From positions 1 through 53,507 of IMG/VR virus record IMGVR_UViG_3300028045_000021: a DNA stretch of 53,507 nt. One strand, 5' to 3'. The notes beneath the pieces were generated by a model, which was not told where the DNA came from, searched no databases, and saw nothing but the letters and a program-made list of their open reading frames with translations. The translations under genes were made by a program, and so were the position numbers. This DNA comes from a virus (lineage: Duplodnaviria > Caudoviricetes). Positions 18,766-31,260 of this stretch are shown piece by piece (within the stretch, counting starts at the first letter, position 1; every line of letters begins with the position of its first letter).

Positions 18766-19440
18766 TTTTATAAATCTCCCAGCAATTCTTCTAACAAATC
18801 CCAACTTCTTTTTATTTTCTTATTTCCCAGAAGCTCAAAAATAGTTTTCTCGATTTATCTCAATTATTCCTGTCGTCAAAGTTTTTTTGAAAAACACAAT
18901 ATTTACACCCTATAAACAGGGGGTTGTAGAGGTACTAAATCCAAAATATTCAAACTTTTTTGTTGAGAAAATAGTTTTGAACTTTTGAACAAATACAAAA
19001 AACTTTTTTTTCAATTTCAGCGTTTGTCATTTTTGAAATAAAACTTTTTTCTTTTTACTGAAAAAAAACTTTGGTACTTTTTGAAACACACGAAATTATT
19101 TTTTGCTGAAAAAATGTTTTGGTACTTTTCAAATTTATCTTTTTTATTTTTCTCAGTTTTTTATTTTATCGTTTTTGAAATAAAACTTTTGCGTTTTGTT
19201 TAGTTTCTCCTTTCATCGTTTCTGAAAAACAAAGCTGAACGTTTTTGTAAAAATGCTTTTACCGACCCCCTATGGATAGTGGGTTGCAGCGGGTTGTTTG
19301 GTCCAAAAACAAGAGAAGTTAGGATTTATTGTCTAAATTGCTGGTAGAATTTATTTTTTTAAAAAAGGGTGAATGGTGTTCGCTGAAATCCAATAAGTAA
19401 AGAAAACAGACGAAAAACATAACTTTTAGTTGTAATTGTA
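18766..19440. other. Non-coding block of phased T-tracts with direct repeats (candidate pac/packaging-start region)
   Basis: No ORF of 60 aa or more; T-rich + strand, unlike the rest of the genome; paired repeats at 18908/19268, 19031/19173 and 19058/19106. Confidence 0.5.
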
Positions 19441-19536
19441 AATAATATAGTTTATCTTTGAATTGAATTAAAAATAACGGTTTTAATAAAAAAATCGTTT
19501 TAATGTTTTTTATTTATTGTTGTGTATATGTTAAAA

Positions 19537-19578
19537 TGCGGTTAATGGTTAGCTAAAGTTCGATTCTTTAAACCGCAC
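19537..19578 (+). ncRNA. tRNA-minihelix-like element (acceptor stem plus T-arm only)
   Basis: TGCGGTT-aatggttagc-TAAAG-TTCGATT-CTTTA-AACCGCA, downstream of a TATCTTTG box at 19453. Confidence 0.55.
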
Positions 19579-19585
19579 GAATGCC

Positions 19586-19650
19586 GTTCAACACGGCTCG
19601 TTTACTGAGGTTGTGGTAAGTAAGTCGCAAGGTTCGATTCCTTGCAGAAC
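19586..19650 (+). pseudogene. Degenerate tRNA fragment (intact T-arm)
   Basis: GCAAGG-TTCGATT-CCTTGC at 19627-19645; no full cloverleaf could be built. Confidence 0.4.
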
Positions 19651-19768
19651 ATGTCTGGTGATGCAAACAGTATGACTGCTAGGAAAGACTAGTATTTTTT
19701 TGTACTGATTTTTAATAAGAATAGTACGAGAAATTTAGTAGAAATTATAAACGAGAGGAATTAAAATT

Positions 19769-19945
19769 ATGGATTACAAAACGGATTATAAATTAGTGGA
19801 AGGCGATAAAAAGACCTTTGAGGAAAGTTTGAATAAAGCTTCTAAAGATGGATATATTTGCTGTGGTAGCATAAGCACTACCTTGCTCGGGGCAGGGTTT
19901 TGGTTTATTCAGCTAATGAGTAGAAAAATACCAGTAGAGAAATAA
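19769..19945 (+). CDS. 58-aa protein, possibly DUF1737-like
   Basis: Manual translation MDYKTDYKLVEGDKKTFEESLNKASKDGYICCGSIS...FIQLMSRK. Confidence 0.55.
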   Translation: MDYKTDYKLVEGDKKTFEESLNKASKDGYICCGSISTTLLGAGFWFIQLMSRKIPVEK

Positions 19946-19951
19946 ATTTAA

Positions 19952-21327
19952 TTGATTAAAACAATGTACGCACTGACAATAATTAAAGAAAATAAATCAA
20001 AAATTGGGAATCCCGAAAAGGTAGCCAAGTATTTAAATAAATCACCAGCGGCAATACGGAAATGGTTCAGAGTTGCTGAGGAAAGGAGTGATAAAACTGA
20101 GCCGGTAGTCAAGATATGCAATGGCTATGTTTGTTATTTGGATACGGAATTACTTAAAAATAAAAAATAGATTTAGTACAAATATTAACAAATAAATACA
20201 GATTAACATGGCAATACGGATAGATCAATTACAGAAAGAATTAAAAAGCTTTAAAGAGTGTGTGAATAAACCACCAATCAGAGCAGATAATATTAATAAA
20301 GCATCGAGCCCCTGCCTTTTTAATCACAATGGCAATGGAGGGAGTTTGCATTTAGAATACGACTACAAGACAAAACGATATTCATTAATTTACGGTGATT
20401 TTAAAATTAATATAGAATAATTATGAAAGCAAAGAATCAAAAAAGAGAAAACCGAATAAAAGAAAAAGCTATCAATAAAGAGCGTAAATTGATATTAACA
20501 CGATTGAAAGATATTGTTAATGTATCCAAGTCAATTGCTAGAAAATGGGATAGAAATACAATTCCATTAAAAACCCTTAAATTAACATTAAGGCTTGCTA
20601 AAGCGAAAGTAACTGGTGATGAATACCAGATAGAGCATGCAACTGCATTTAATAATACCTTAGATTCGTTGTATGATGGATGTGCTGAAATTGCTAAGAA
20701 TATGAATTCTGAAAACATCCCAGTATCTGAGATTGAAAATGGTATTGATCTTATTAAGATTGCTTATAATTAATATCAATAAAAATATATGAGCCGTTTT
20801 TTCAATGGCTTATACATAAAGTTGATATTAGTTAGTGATAATAAAATAGATGAAAGTCAAAAATAAAACTAAATAATTAGATTATGAATACGATTAACGA
20901 AATGCCACTAATATGGTTAGTAATTGCAGCGGTTATAATTGGGCAATTGATCCGAGTAGTAATTCATTTTGCATTTAATTTTAATTGGTCAAATGTCTGG
21001 AGTAAAAGCAAGATGTATAAAGGATTTTTATGTAAATCTAAAGATCATTATTTCCTTGATAAATTAGATAAATTGAGAAGTGAAAATATACACATACCTC
21101 AATATCCACCAAAAATACCATTTGGAGATCGCCCTGAAATAATGAAAGATAAGACACCAGAACACTATCCATCTATAGATGATTCTATGCATCTTATTAA
21201 ATGGATTAGAGATAATTGCACATTATCTAGTGTCGTTGGATTTAATGAAAAATTCTACACATATAAGGATGAGGTAATAACTAAAGAAAAATTATTTAGC
21301 GAATACATTAAATCAATTACGTTATGA
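19952..21327 (+). other. Small hypothetical CDS (19952-20170 HTH-like, 20208-20420, 20423-20773, 20884-21327 N-terminal TM)
   Basis: ORF track; KVAKYLNKSPAAIRKW is HTH-like. 20423-20773 and 25999-26334 share FNN/FNA..Y......C motifs and may be paralogs. Confidence 0.65.
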
Positions 21328-21932
21328 ATAATTACACAGTATTCGACACGGAAACAACCGGACTACCTCCTACCGATTCAAATTGGAGATTTGACTATAT
21401 GGAATTCCCGTATATCGTACAGTTGGCATGGAAAAGAAGCGACTCTGATAAGATAGAGAATCACATCATACAGCCTAATGGTTGGGATATTCCAGAAGAA
21501 TCAACAAAAATACACGGCATTACTCATGATTTTGCTATGAAATCTGGTGAAGATATGGCAACTATATTGGAATTATTCATGTTTGATTTGATTAATGAAT
21601 GTGATATCATAGGCCACAATGTGCATTTTGATACAAGCATGGTAGCTGCTAATTATTTAAGGTTAGCTAGCCTAAAGAGAATTAGGGATATTAATATTTA
21701 TATCGAATTCTTAGAAAATAGACTAGCAAAAGATAAGCGGATCTGCACGATGTGGAAATCCAATAGATTTTGTGGATTAAAACAAGTCGATTCGAACAAA
21801 CCAAAAACTCCTAGCTTAGTTGAATTGTACGATATATTATTTGGAGAATCATTCCCAGCTCACAATGCTGCTGAGGACACAAGAGCAACTGAACGTTGTT
21901 ATTTAAAATTAATTGAATTAGGAATTATTTAA
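21324..21932 (+). CDS. DEDDh 3'-5' exonuclease (DnaQ-like)
   Basis: FDTETTG, GHNVHFD, AHNAAEDT motifs. Confidence 0.92.
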   Translation: MNNYTVFDTETTGLPPTDSNWRFDYMEFPYIVQLAWKRSDSDKIENHIIQPNGWDIPEESTKIHGITHDFAMKSGEDMATILELFMFDLINECDIIGHNVHFDTSMVAANYLRLASLKRIRDINIYIEFLENRLAKDKRICTMWKSNRFCGLKQVDSNKPKTPSLVELYDILFGESFPAHNAAEDTRATERCYLKLIELGII

Positions 21933-22959
21933 AAAATAGAACTATGTTAGAAGGAAATACAGTAATACTTGATTTAGATGAATACGATAAATTAAGAGAG
22001 ATTGAAAAAACATTAGCTGGCAATGGAGTAATAATGTATGAATCGTATGGTAAGCATATTAGTCATACTTGGGAAGTGTTTTCAAAAGAAGAAGCTATTA
22101 CTAAACTACTATTAGTGAATGGTCAATTAAAAGATAGCAATGAATTACTTAGAAATGTATTAAGGAATGAGCGCAAAAAGAATGTATTTCAAAGGATATT
22201 TAAAAGAGCGCAATTAAATAATTAAAAAAACATGGAAGAAATAGTTATAGGTGCTTTTTTAGCAAAAGATGTAAATGAATACTACTGGAATGTATTTAGA
22301 AAAGACATGAGAGATATTAGCGCTGTGGTTAGTTACATAAATGGATTGTGCACTTCAATTATTGAGAATGAATTGCAATTCAGATGGAATCCTGATGTAT
22401 CGGATATGAAAGAGGCTCAGGAAAAAATATACAAAAGACGTCATGGTAAATGTCTTGTAAAGTATTCTGTAAGTATGCTAGCATCGCATTTGCAAATAAT
22501 TAAAACTTTAGTGAATTTCAAGCATGAAACTGTGTTTGAATTATAAAACAGAAATAATTAAAAAATAGAACTATGACAATTTACAGAGCAATAATACTTT
22601 GGTTCAAGTGGAGAAAAACCAGAAGGACAATTTTAAAGGCTATTAAGGGTAATTTTAAAACGATATATGAAGAGTGTGAAAAAGAAGCAAAGACATTCGC
22701 TAGTGGAAATATGACCACTAAACATTATCGTAAAATTCTCAAACGATCGAGAGCTAAAAGAAATATCATAGCCAATAACCGAGCAGCTGATTTATATGAT
22801 AATGCTTTAAAAATCATGTATAATACTAATGCTAAGCTGGGTAAAATCCATGGGGAGAAGGATATTAAATTAAAGGATATTGAAAATTCACTTAAAGAGA
22901 CTTATAAGCAGTTGAAAAAGTCATTGAAAAATAAGTAATAAATAGCATTATTTTAAATA

Positions 22960-23025
22960 CGTAAATAAAAACGAAAATAAGTGCATAAATGTTTGGTAGT
23001 TCGTAAATAGTTACGTATATTTACA
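22960..23025 (+). promoter_or_regulatory. Duplicated promoter/operator (second copy 23953-24018)
   Basis: CGTAAATAAAAACGAAAATAAGTGCATAAAT(G/A)TTTGGTAGT..CGTAAATA...ACGTA..TTT contains a TTTG -33 box and a -7-like box. Confidence 0.75.
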
Positions 23026-23526
23026 GTGTAATTAAAACAAAGCAATTATGAAAAACGCAAACAATAATACAACAGTTTTAAGAGAAAAAACAACTATAGA
23101 ATCTGGTACTTACTATGCAGTTAGATGCACTGAACACCCTGATGAAGATTTAGAGCGTAATTGGAGCGCAGCGTGTGGAGGCTTTTTGAGCCCTAATTAC
23201 TTCGAACCGCATTGCGAAACAAAGGAAGAGGCCGATAGAGCTATTGAAGAGGCAATTAAAAAAGGTGATTATACTCCTAATGAAATGAGATTTCACGGTG
23301 CATACGATGCTTTTGTAGAGGTTCATTATGAAGGGTTAGGGGCATGGGAATTGAATTCTGAAAATATAGAAGACGCTATTGAAGAGGCGAAAAAAACTAA
23401 CGGAGTAGATTTAGTTTGCACTTTAGATTCTGGCAGTGGACATTTTCACAAATCAGAATGTTTATCATATACTAAAATATCTGATAACATTTACATTTTT
23501 GAAATAGCTTATTAAAAAAAATACTT

Positions 23527-23613
23527 ATGATCAATAAACAAATTAAAGAGCAGTTCGGTAGCTGGACTGCTTTTTGCTTAAAAATAGTACGAAAATTTAG
23601 TAGAAAACTTTAA
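23527..23613 (+). pseudogene. Truncated duplicate of the 24462-24638 gene
   Basis: First 19 codons are near-identical (MINKQIKEQFGSWTAFCLK), then fused to a repeated leader. Confidence 0.7.
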
Positions 23614-24461
23614 ACGAGAGGAATTAAAATTATGAAAGCAGAAAAGGTAGACAAAGTGGTGGCGTTTGCACCTATCGAAATCAAACTAGTGATTGAATCT
23701 AGATCGGAATTAGATGAAATTACAGAATACATACGAGAATGGGGTAATCCAATGGGCAACGACTTGTTTGATATATTACAAGCAGACCAAAGAGAACTTG
23801 ATGAATAATTTTAATTGATTAATTAACCGCCAAAGTAACCACGAGCTAAGTAGTTAGTATTATTTTAATGTGTTGTTATACACTGGAGTTGACACCTCAG
23901 CCAATTAAATGCACGTCAGTAATAATTATTTTTAGGGATGGTTTTTGTTATTCGTAAATAAAAACGAAAATAAGTGCATAAATATTTGGTAGTGTCGTAA
24001 ATAATGACGTAATTTGAAGAGTCAATAAGACATAAACATTAAAACTAAAGCGATGACAACTCAAACTTATCAAATCAAAAAGAATAGAAAATGGGAAACA
24101 GTAAAAGCAACTTCAATGAAAGCTATTAGTGATTACTGTAAAGAAAATGATTATTCGGATTGGAGAATGTTAGGGATGGTATCAAGGTCAGAAATGATTT
24201 CAAATAAAGACTTAAAGGTAGTTGCGTAATGAAAAATAAAAAACAAATAGTTCTAAGTCATAAAAATTGGCTTAGGCTTGTTTATTCAAATAATAAATAT
24301 TCAATAGAGGTAAAACATTGGTTCAATTGGATTCGTGTTTTAATTGGCCCATTTGGTGTTTCTTATCAAGGATTACCATTTTTTGAAATAAGACGGATTG
24401 CTATTATTAATTTTATAAAATGTAGTTCAAAAGGTAAAAAATATACTAAACAATTTTTAAG

Positions 24462-24638
24462 ATGATCGACAAACAAATTAAAGAGCAGTTCGGTAGCTGG
24501 ACTGCTTTTTGCTTAAAATATGGACATTCGCCTAAAAATTTTAAGCGTAAATTATTAGCGAATATTGATAAGCTTAATAACTGGATTGAACCCCTGGGCA
24601 TTGAATTACAAGTAATTTTAAAAAAACAATCAAAATGA
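24462..24638 (+). CDS. 58-aa HTH-like DNA-binding protein
   Basis: Manual translation MIDKQIKEQFGSWTAFCLKYGHSPKNFKRKLLANIDKLNNWIEPLGIELQVILKKQSK; coupled at both ends. Confidence 0.65.
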   Translation: MIDKQIKEQFGSWTAFCLKYGHSPKNFKRKLLANIDKLNNWIEPLGIELQVILKKQSK

Positions 24639-26590
24639 AAAAGCCATACCTAACACAATGGGACAGGAGAGTAATTAGCCGCAATATGAATGGTAGAGAT
24701 TTTGTTCAGCTTAAATTTACATGGGCTAAGATTAGGCGTTCAATGTTTGGAAGTAGAATTAAAAAGAATGCTGAGTTTAAAGCTATTCGTGAAGAGGTTA
24801 AGAAAGACCTAGACCACTCAATAAGATTTCCTTATGTAAAAGGCTGCATCTACGAAAACAATAAAGAAGCTAAAGAGGCACTAAATAAAGCGTTCAAAAC
24901 GATTCGTAAAGAGGCTAAATTGTCGAAAGAGGAGAAGCGAAAAGTTAAGGATGAGTTTAAGTATCACGATCACGATGAAAGAAGGCTAAACCTAATATGT
25001 GGAATTACATACAATGATATTGAAAAAGAAGTTAAACTAATTAAACTAAAAACTAAAATGGAAAAGCCAGCACTAAACAAGAGACGCATAATTATGAGTA
25101 TATCTGCAAAATATTATGATACATTCAAAAGTAAGATTGATTTAATAAAAGAGATAGAAAGAAAAACAGGCATTAATTTTATTGATTACGAAATCAACAA
25201 GACTAATGACAGTTATTCTATTGTAGGAGATATTGAAAAAGTAGTTAAACCAAAAACTAAAAATATGAAAATTAATTTATTCATTACCCCAAAACAAGTA
25301 AGCAAGTTAATTGATGATGAATTGGATGCTTATAGCGATGTTGATAGATGGGATAAATTAGAATTAGAATTAGTGCTAGACGATACGCCAAAAACTAAAC
25401 CTAAGCTCGAAGATAAGATGTTAGTTTGGGCGTGGGTTTATACCGAAAAAAAAGATACTGTACAGGTAGCTGGATTTTACGACTCTAAAAACAAAACTTT
25501 ATTTCATGCTGACGGAAATAGAAATGGGGACAGTTATGATACATACAAACCATTCAAAGGCGACTGGCCAAAATGGGCAAAGAAAGCTTATAAAAAATTA
25601 GAGGATTAATTATGACTGAATTAAAAAAAGTAAGAGTAGGAATTGTTAAATTATCTTTAGATTTTAATCGCTTCGATGAAGCTATTAGATTTAGGAAAGG
25701 TATATTTAATTTAGTGACACCTGTAGATTTGATAATAGATAATTCTTATTACGGTAGGCAGTATCAAAATTGGCTATGCTATAGTGAAAAATTCAGAGAA
25801 GTAGCTGAGGGTGAAAAATATCCAGAATACATCATAACTATTCATCAGGATGTTTACCGTGGAATATATGATTTTGATGTAGAAGAAAAAAAATAGACAT
25901 ATGGAATCAATTTGTGGACTTAAAGCCGCTGAGTATATCTTAGCCGCTTTAATATTAATAGTAGTAATAGTAGTTGCTAATTCAAATAAAAAGAAAAGAT
26001 GGGATTAATTAAATGGTATGCTAAAAAAAGGTTGAGAAGTACTCTTTTAAAGCAATTCACGGATAATATTAAATATATTAATTCTGAGTGTTTGGAAAAA
26101 AGTGGTAGTATTACATTAGAATTCTACAAAAAGACCATTGATAAGTGCTTAATTCCAAAGAATAAGCTAAATGATATGGGAATAGATTATAACAGTAGCT
26201 TCAATGCGATGTATACTACGTTAAAAACAAGAGCTTGTGATGAGGAAATAGTTTATTATCATCATATTGAAGCTATTGGGAATATTGCTATAAAAAGATA
26301 CAATGAAAATTTAAATAAAAAATTAAACCGATGACTGAATCAGATAAGGATTATAAAGAATCGTTAGTGGCATGGATTAACGAACAAAAGTTATTAATCA
26401 AAGAAAATGAATTATCATCAAAGTACTATAGAGATATGATGAAAATTTTCATGACTAAGATTAGGTTAATTGAAAAGCAGAATTTTATCACGGAAAAACA
26501 GATCGAAGATACTCGGAAAATAGTAGATAATATTAAATAAATTTCGTAATTTTGCTAAGTGTATTTGTCTCATAGATTAATATTTGGGTT

Positions 26591-26627
26591 AAGCCGGCTT
26601 TTCTTTTTAAGATAGCCGGCTTTTTTA
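26591..26627 (+). terminator. Intrinsic terminator
   Basis: AAGCCGGCT...AGCCGGCTT followed by a T-run. Confidence 0.7.
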
Positions 26628-29600
26628 TTTGCATAAACCCCGTTCAACATCAACTCAAAACATGATCTATGTCATTTTTTATGTGAAAAATCAGTATTAT
26701 ATTTACACAAACTTAAACTTGAATATATGGAAAGACAAGCAAAATACAATATCCCAGTTAGTGATTATATAAAAAAAGAAGATCAGCTATTCTTCACGGT
26801 TAATAATATAGAGATTACCGATTTAATTAAACAGGGGTTAACAATCATGTGCAAAACTCAGGAAGAGGCTACAAAACTAGCCCAATCAAAAAGAAGTTAT
26901 ACTTATCAGATATTTAATCTTGATGATGAATTAGTAGGCTTTGGAGTGCCTAAGTAAATTAATTAAAAATTAAAACGATGAATAAAAAAGAAAAAGCAAA
27001 AGAAGAATATCTAAAAAATAGTGAAAAACAGTTTTCAAAATCTATTGCGATGATTACAGAAAACAATATGGATGCCGCTATTAGCTTATTGCAACAAATT
27101 GAACATGACGGAGATAAATATCAGCTTCAACTTTATGTGACGAGAGCTGAAAAAACATTCAAAAAAGATCACGATGAAATGATGCTGATGAAGTACCCTG
27201 ATGAGGGTGATGATTTTGAAATGATAGAAGCAAAAGGAGATAGATTATTAAATTAAATAACATGGATATTGAAAAAACATTACACCCAAAAACAGGTGAA
27301 CTTCAAATAAAAGAAGGTATTTGCGAAGCAAAAATATTTGATGTTGAATTAGATTTATTGAGTTGTGAATTTTCTAATGATGAAACGGTAAAAATAGATA
27401 CCAAAGAATTCTCTTATATTCAATTAACAACTGATAATTTATACAAATTGATTGAATTGATAGATAAAGCGAATGAATATTATACTGTTTCCGGATAAAT
27501 TAACTATCTTTGTACCAACAAAACGGATTAGAACACGTTTAAATATAAGCACATAATGAATAAAGAAAAAAAACATATTGAAATATTTGGAAGAGTGGTA
27601 ATATGTGCGCCCGTTCTAACTTCTGAAACAAACATAAAAGTCAACTTCGTTAAATTGAGGTTGGCTTTTGTTGTTTCAAATAGGGAGTTAACAAGTATTC
27701 TTCTGAACCTGATTAAATCGAGGTTAAACCAAAAACTAATGATAGAGCTATTCAAAACAACCGAAAGAGCATGCAATGAGTCAACAGTCTTATCATGTGA
27801 CCTTAATACTATATTGAAGGTTGTTAGTGGTTATGGGATGCCTTTAATAGTTATTAAGTCTATCTGAACTGTTTATCTTAATTGATTTATAGTTGTTCTC
27901 TAAGATATTAAGGGATAGACACTGTTATATTATTAATTAACTAAAAGATTAATTATTAAAAGAAAGTGAGCGAATTATGAATGAAAAGGACATTGCTAAA
28001 TTGTTGAGAGGATTTTTAACACTAATGACAAATGGAGCTTATGAAACTCATACAAGCCCTGAAATTATAGCAAATAGGATAGCAAAGCAGCACGAAGCGA
28101 ACGAAGCTAAAACGAGCACTGAGAGTATGGAAGATTGCGAACATGTATTTCATCCATTTGAAAATTGTGGTTTAGAATACGACGAATGTATCAAGTGTGG
28201 ATATATAGTATAGCAAGCTTAGCCAATTACGTACAATAATATAAAAAGAATACTATTATGAAATATTTAATAAATATCACGAAACTAAAACGCTTTTGGA
28301 ATATACATTTTATTAGGCGTAGTTGTTCAATTAGCTTTAAAATAGACGAAAACGCAGAACCAATAAAAGACATTACAATTGATGATATTAAAATCGAACC
28401 GCTATTTGATAGTGATGGGTATCACTGCGACTCAGAGTTGACCAACTTTAATCATGACGGAAATGGATGTTATGAAATAACAATTAAAAACCTAGGAAGA
28501 AGTGATAAGTGTGTTTAATTACGCCTAATAGACAGGCATAAGAATAGTACGGATTATTTAATATAAATATTAATTTAAAAACATAAATAAAATGGATGTA
28601 TTTTGCCCTTACTGCGATGCAGAACAAGAAATCAACCACGATGATGGGTTTGGATATGAAGAGGATATGAAGCATGAAATGCAATGCTCTGAATGTGAAA
28701 AAAACTTTGTATTTACAACTTCAATTTCATATAATTATGATGCTGAAAAAGCTGATTGTTTGAATGGTAAAAATCACGAGTACAAACTTTCTCGTACTGC
28801 TCCAAAAGAATTCTCTAAAATGATATGTGAATACTGTGACGATGAAAGAGAATTAACAGATGAAGAAAGAGTTACTTTCAATATAGGAACTAAAGAAAGC
28901 TATTTTGAAAAACTAAAGTAGTATTGGCGGTAACGCTGACATAAACACCATTAAAAATATACAAAATGAAGAAATTCAATATAAACCACTACATGTATAT
29001 TCAGATTACCGACACTGGATGGCAACACCTAAAGCAAACTGTGGGCAATGATTACATTAAACACTGTATTGAACCCTGCAAAACTGATGTGGATGGGGAA
29101 ACTTGGTACAGACTGCAAGCCCACAGTGTATTTGAACTACTGCCAATAAATTCCGGTGGACAAGTAACTTACAACCCTAATGTAATGTTTGATGATAAAG
29201 AACTTACACCGCTGACATAAACGCAGTTGAAACAAACAGAATGAGATAAATTGAATTATAAACCTACACTAAAATTGATAAAAGATGAAAAACTTCAAGA
29301 ATTACAAAGGATATGCACTTTATATATTGTTAATGTGCGCTGGGTGCGCTGATTCTCCGAGCCTTATTGAACAAATTGGCAAAGATGCTAAAAACATACA
29401 AAAAGAGTTTAATAAAGGCTTCGCATCGACAGACACAATACGAGGCGTTGAACTTGATGAGTTTATAAAAGACCACTCTAGATACTATAAAATGGTAGTT
29501 TGGGGAAGCTTAGATAGTGTTAATTACTATTGCGCTGATACAATTTATGTAAAATCAAGTGAAGTAATGATATTTGAAGGGCGGGTAGGTTATGCGCCAC

Positions 29601-29804
29601 AACGCTGACAGGATGGCAAAAGAAAAGAAGCACATGGAAGTTACGGTAAAGTTTAAAAACGCTACTGTAAACGTAGTTGCTAGTAATGAAGCAGAGGCTA
29701 AAAAATTAGCTTATGAAAAAGTGGCAAAAAAGAACATTAGCAGGCTTATTGATAAGATAGAAACTAATGTAAACCCAAGTTTCTATCATTTTTAAATTAA
29801 CATC

Positions 29805-30143
29805 ATGGATAGAAAAATAATTTTTGAAAAGTACAAAGGACACTGTGCATATTGTGGTAATCCTATTGACTTTAATAAATTTGAAGTTGACCATATCGAA
29901 CCATTAAGGCGCAATGATAATTATGGAGGTTCAGACACTATAGAAAATAAAAATCCTGCATGCATGCCATGCAATAGAAGCAAATCAACATTTACTATCG
30001 AGGGTTGGAGAACTCAATTACACAATAAAATAGTAAGTTTAAATAGGGATTCAGCAACCTATAGAGTTGCTAAGAGATTTGGATTAGTTAAAGAGACTGG
30101 GATTAAAATAGAATTTCACTTTGAACAATTAACTAAAAAATAA
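29805..30143 (+). CDS. HNH endonuclease
   Basis: CAYCG..VDHIEP..GGSDTIEN..PACMPCNRSK. Confidence 0.9.
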   Translation: MDRKIIFEKYKGHCAYCGNPIDFNKFEVDHIEPLRRNDNYGGSDTIENKNPACMPCNRSKSTFTIEGWRTQLHNKIVSLNRDSATYRVAKRFGLVKETGIKIEFHFEQLTKK

Positions 30144-30496
30144 AATCATGGGAACTAATATTCACATATGCTATTCAGACATTAGCTATTCATGCCCTCA
30201 TTGCATGATAAAGAAGCATGATAAAGATGATAAATTATTAAACCGATGCAACAAGAATAAGAGTTTTTACACAAAAATAAAATGTGATTGTGGGAAAAGG
30301 TTTGGATTCACATACAATATTCGAGGTGATGCAACGACATTTAAATTAAATGATAATCGAAAAATAAATTCAATATACATATCAAAATAAGTGTTGATTG
30401 GCTATTAAAAAAGCAACAGAGTAATTAACTTAAAATAAACCAGCCGTTCGTTCTTATCCCAATACGGGGGAAATAATACCGTGAACAAATGAGGTC

Positions 30497-30546
30497 GCAG
30501 AGTCGGTAAATATTCAATTCCCTAAATTTCCGGCTCTGCTTTTTTG
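30497..30546 (+). terminator. Large-loop terminator-like hairpin
   Basis: GCAGAGTCGG / CCGGCTCTGC followed by a T-run. Confidence 0.65.
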
Positions 30547-30621
30547 AGATAATTACAAAATAATACTTGGTTATATAAAATAATACTTTATATTTGTATC
30601 AATATTTAAAGTTTAAAGATT

Positions 30622-31260
30622 ATGAGTAAAACAAAAATGACAATTCACAGAGCATTAACGGAGTTAAAGTTGATTGATGCAAGAATCGAAAAAGCTGTTA
30701 ATTTAGTAGAACCTACTGGATTAATGCAACTTGGAAAACCTGTTAATGGATTTTACGCAAAAGATGATTTTGAAAAAGATGTAAAAGCCAAGTATCAATC
30801 AGTAACAGTTTTGATTGATAGAAAAAACTCTATTAAATCAGCTATCGTAAAAGCAAACGGTACGACTACCGTGAAGATTGGAGAAAAAGAAATGACTATT
30901 GCTGATGCTATTAATTTTAAAGCCGTAATAGTAGTTAAGAAAAACCTCATTAATAGGCTGACTCAAAAACATAAAGCTGTAATGGCTAAGTTTACTCAGG
31001 AAAATGAAAAAGTAAACAACGTTGGTTTAGAAAATGCTAAAATAATGATTGGCAAACAGGGTGATGATAGGGTTAAGCCTACAGATGAAGATGTAAAAAA
31101 CATTGTTGAGCCATTTGTAAGAAGAAGCGAATTCCATTTAGTTGACCCTTTAAAAGTTGATGAATTAACAGAAAAATTACAGATTGAAGTTGATGAATTT
31201 GAAGCTGAGGTTGATGCTGTGCTTTCTGAAATAAACGCAATTACGTTGATTGAAATTTAA
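30622..31260 (+). CDS. 212-aa helical/coiled-coil protein, tentatively DIP1984/DUF6847-like; proposed partner of the downstream ncRNA
   Basis: MTIHRALTELKLIDARIEK, MTIADAI..K and VDAVLSEINAITLIEI motifs; own TATATTTG promoter box at ~30589. The family call is from memory and unverified. Confidence 0.6.
   Translation: MSKTKMTIHRALTELKLIDARIEKAVNLVEPTGLMQLGKPVNGFYAKDDFEKDVKAKYQSVTVLIDRKNSIKSAIVKANGTTTVKIGEKEMTIADAINFKAVIVVKKNLINRLTQKHKAVMAKFTQENEKVNNVGLENAKIMIGKQGDDRVKPTDEDVKNIVEPFVRRSEFHLVDPLKVDELTEKLQIEVDEFEAEVDAVLSEINAITLIEI

Larger units (their letters stand above)
21944..30390 (+). other. Accessory region of about 25 small hypothetical CDS, including unlisted ORFs 23632-23808 and 24053-24229
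   Basis: Dense + strand ORFs separated by short repeated motifs; Cys-rich members at 27977, 28592 and 30148; signal/lipoprotein-like N-terminus at 29285. Confidence 0.7.
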
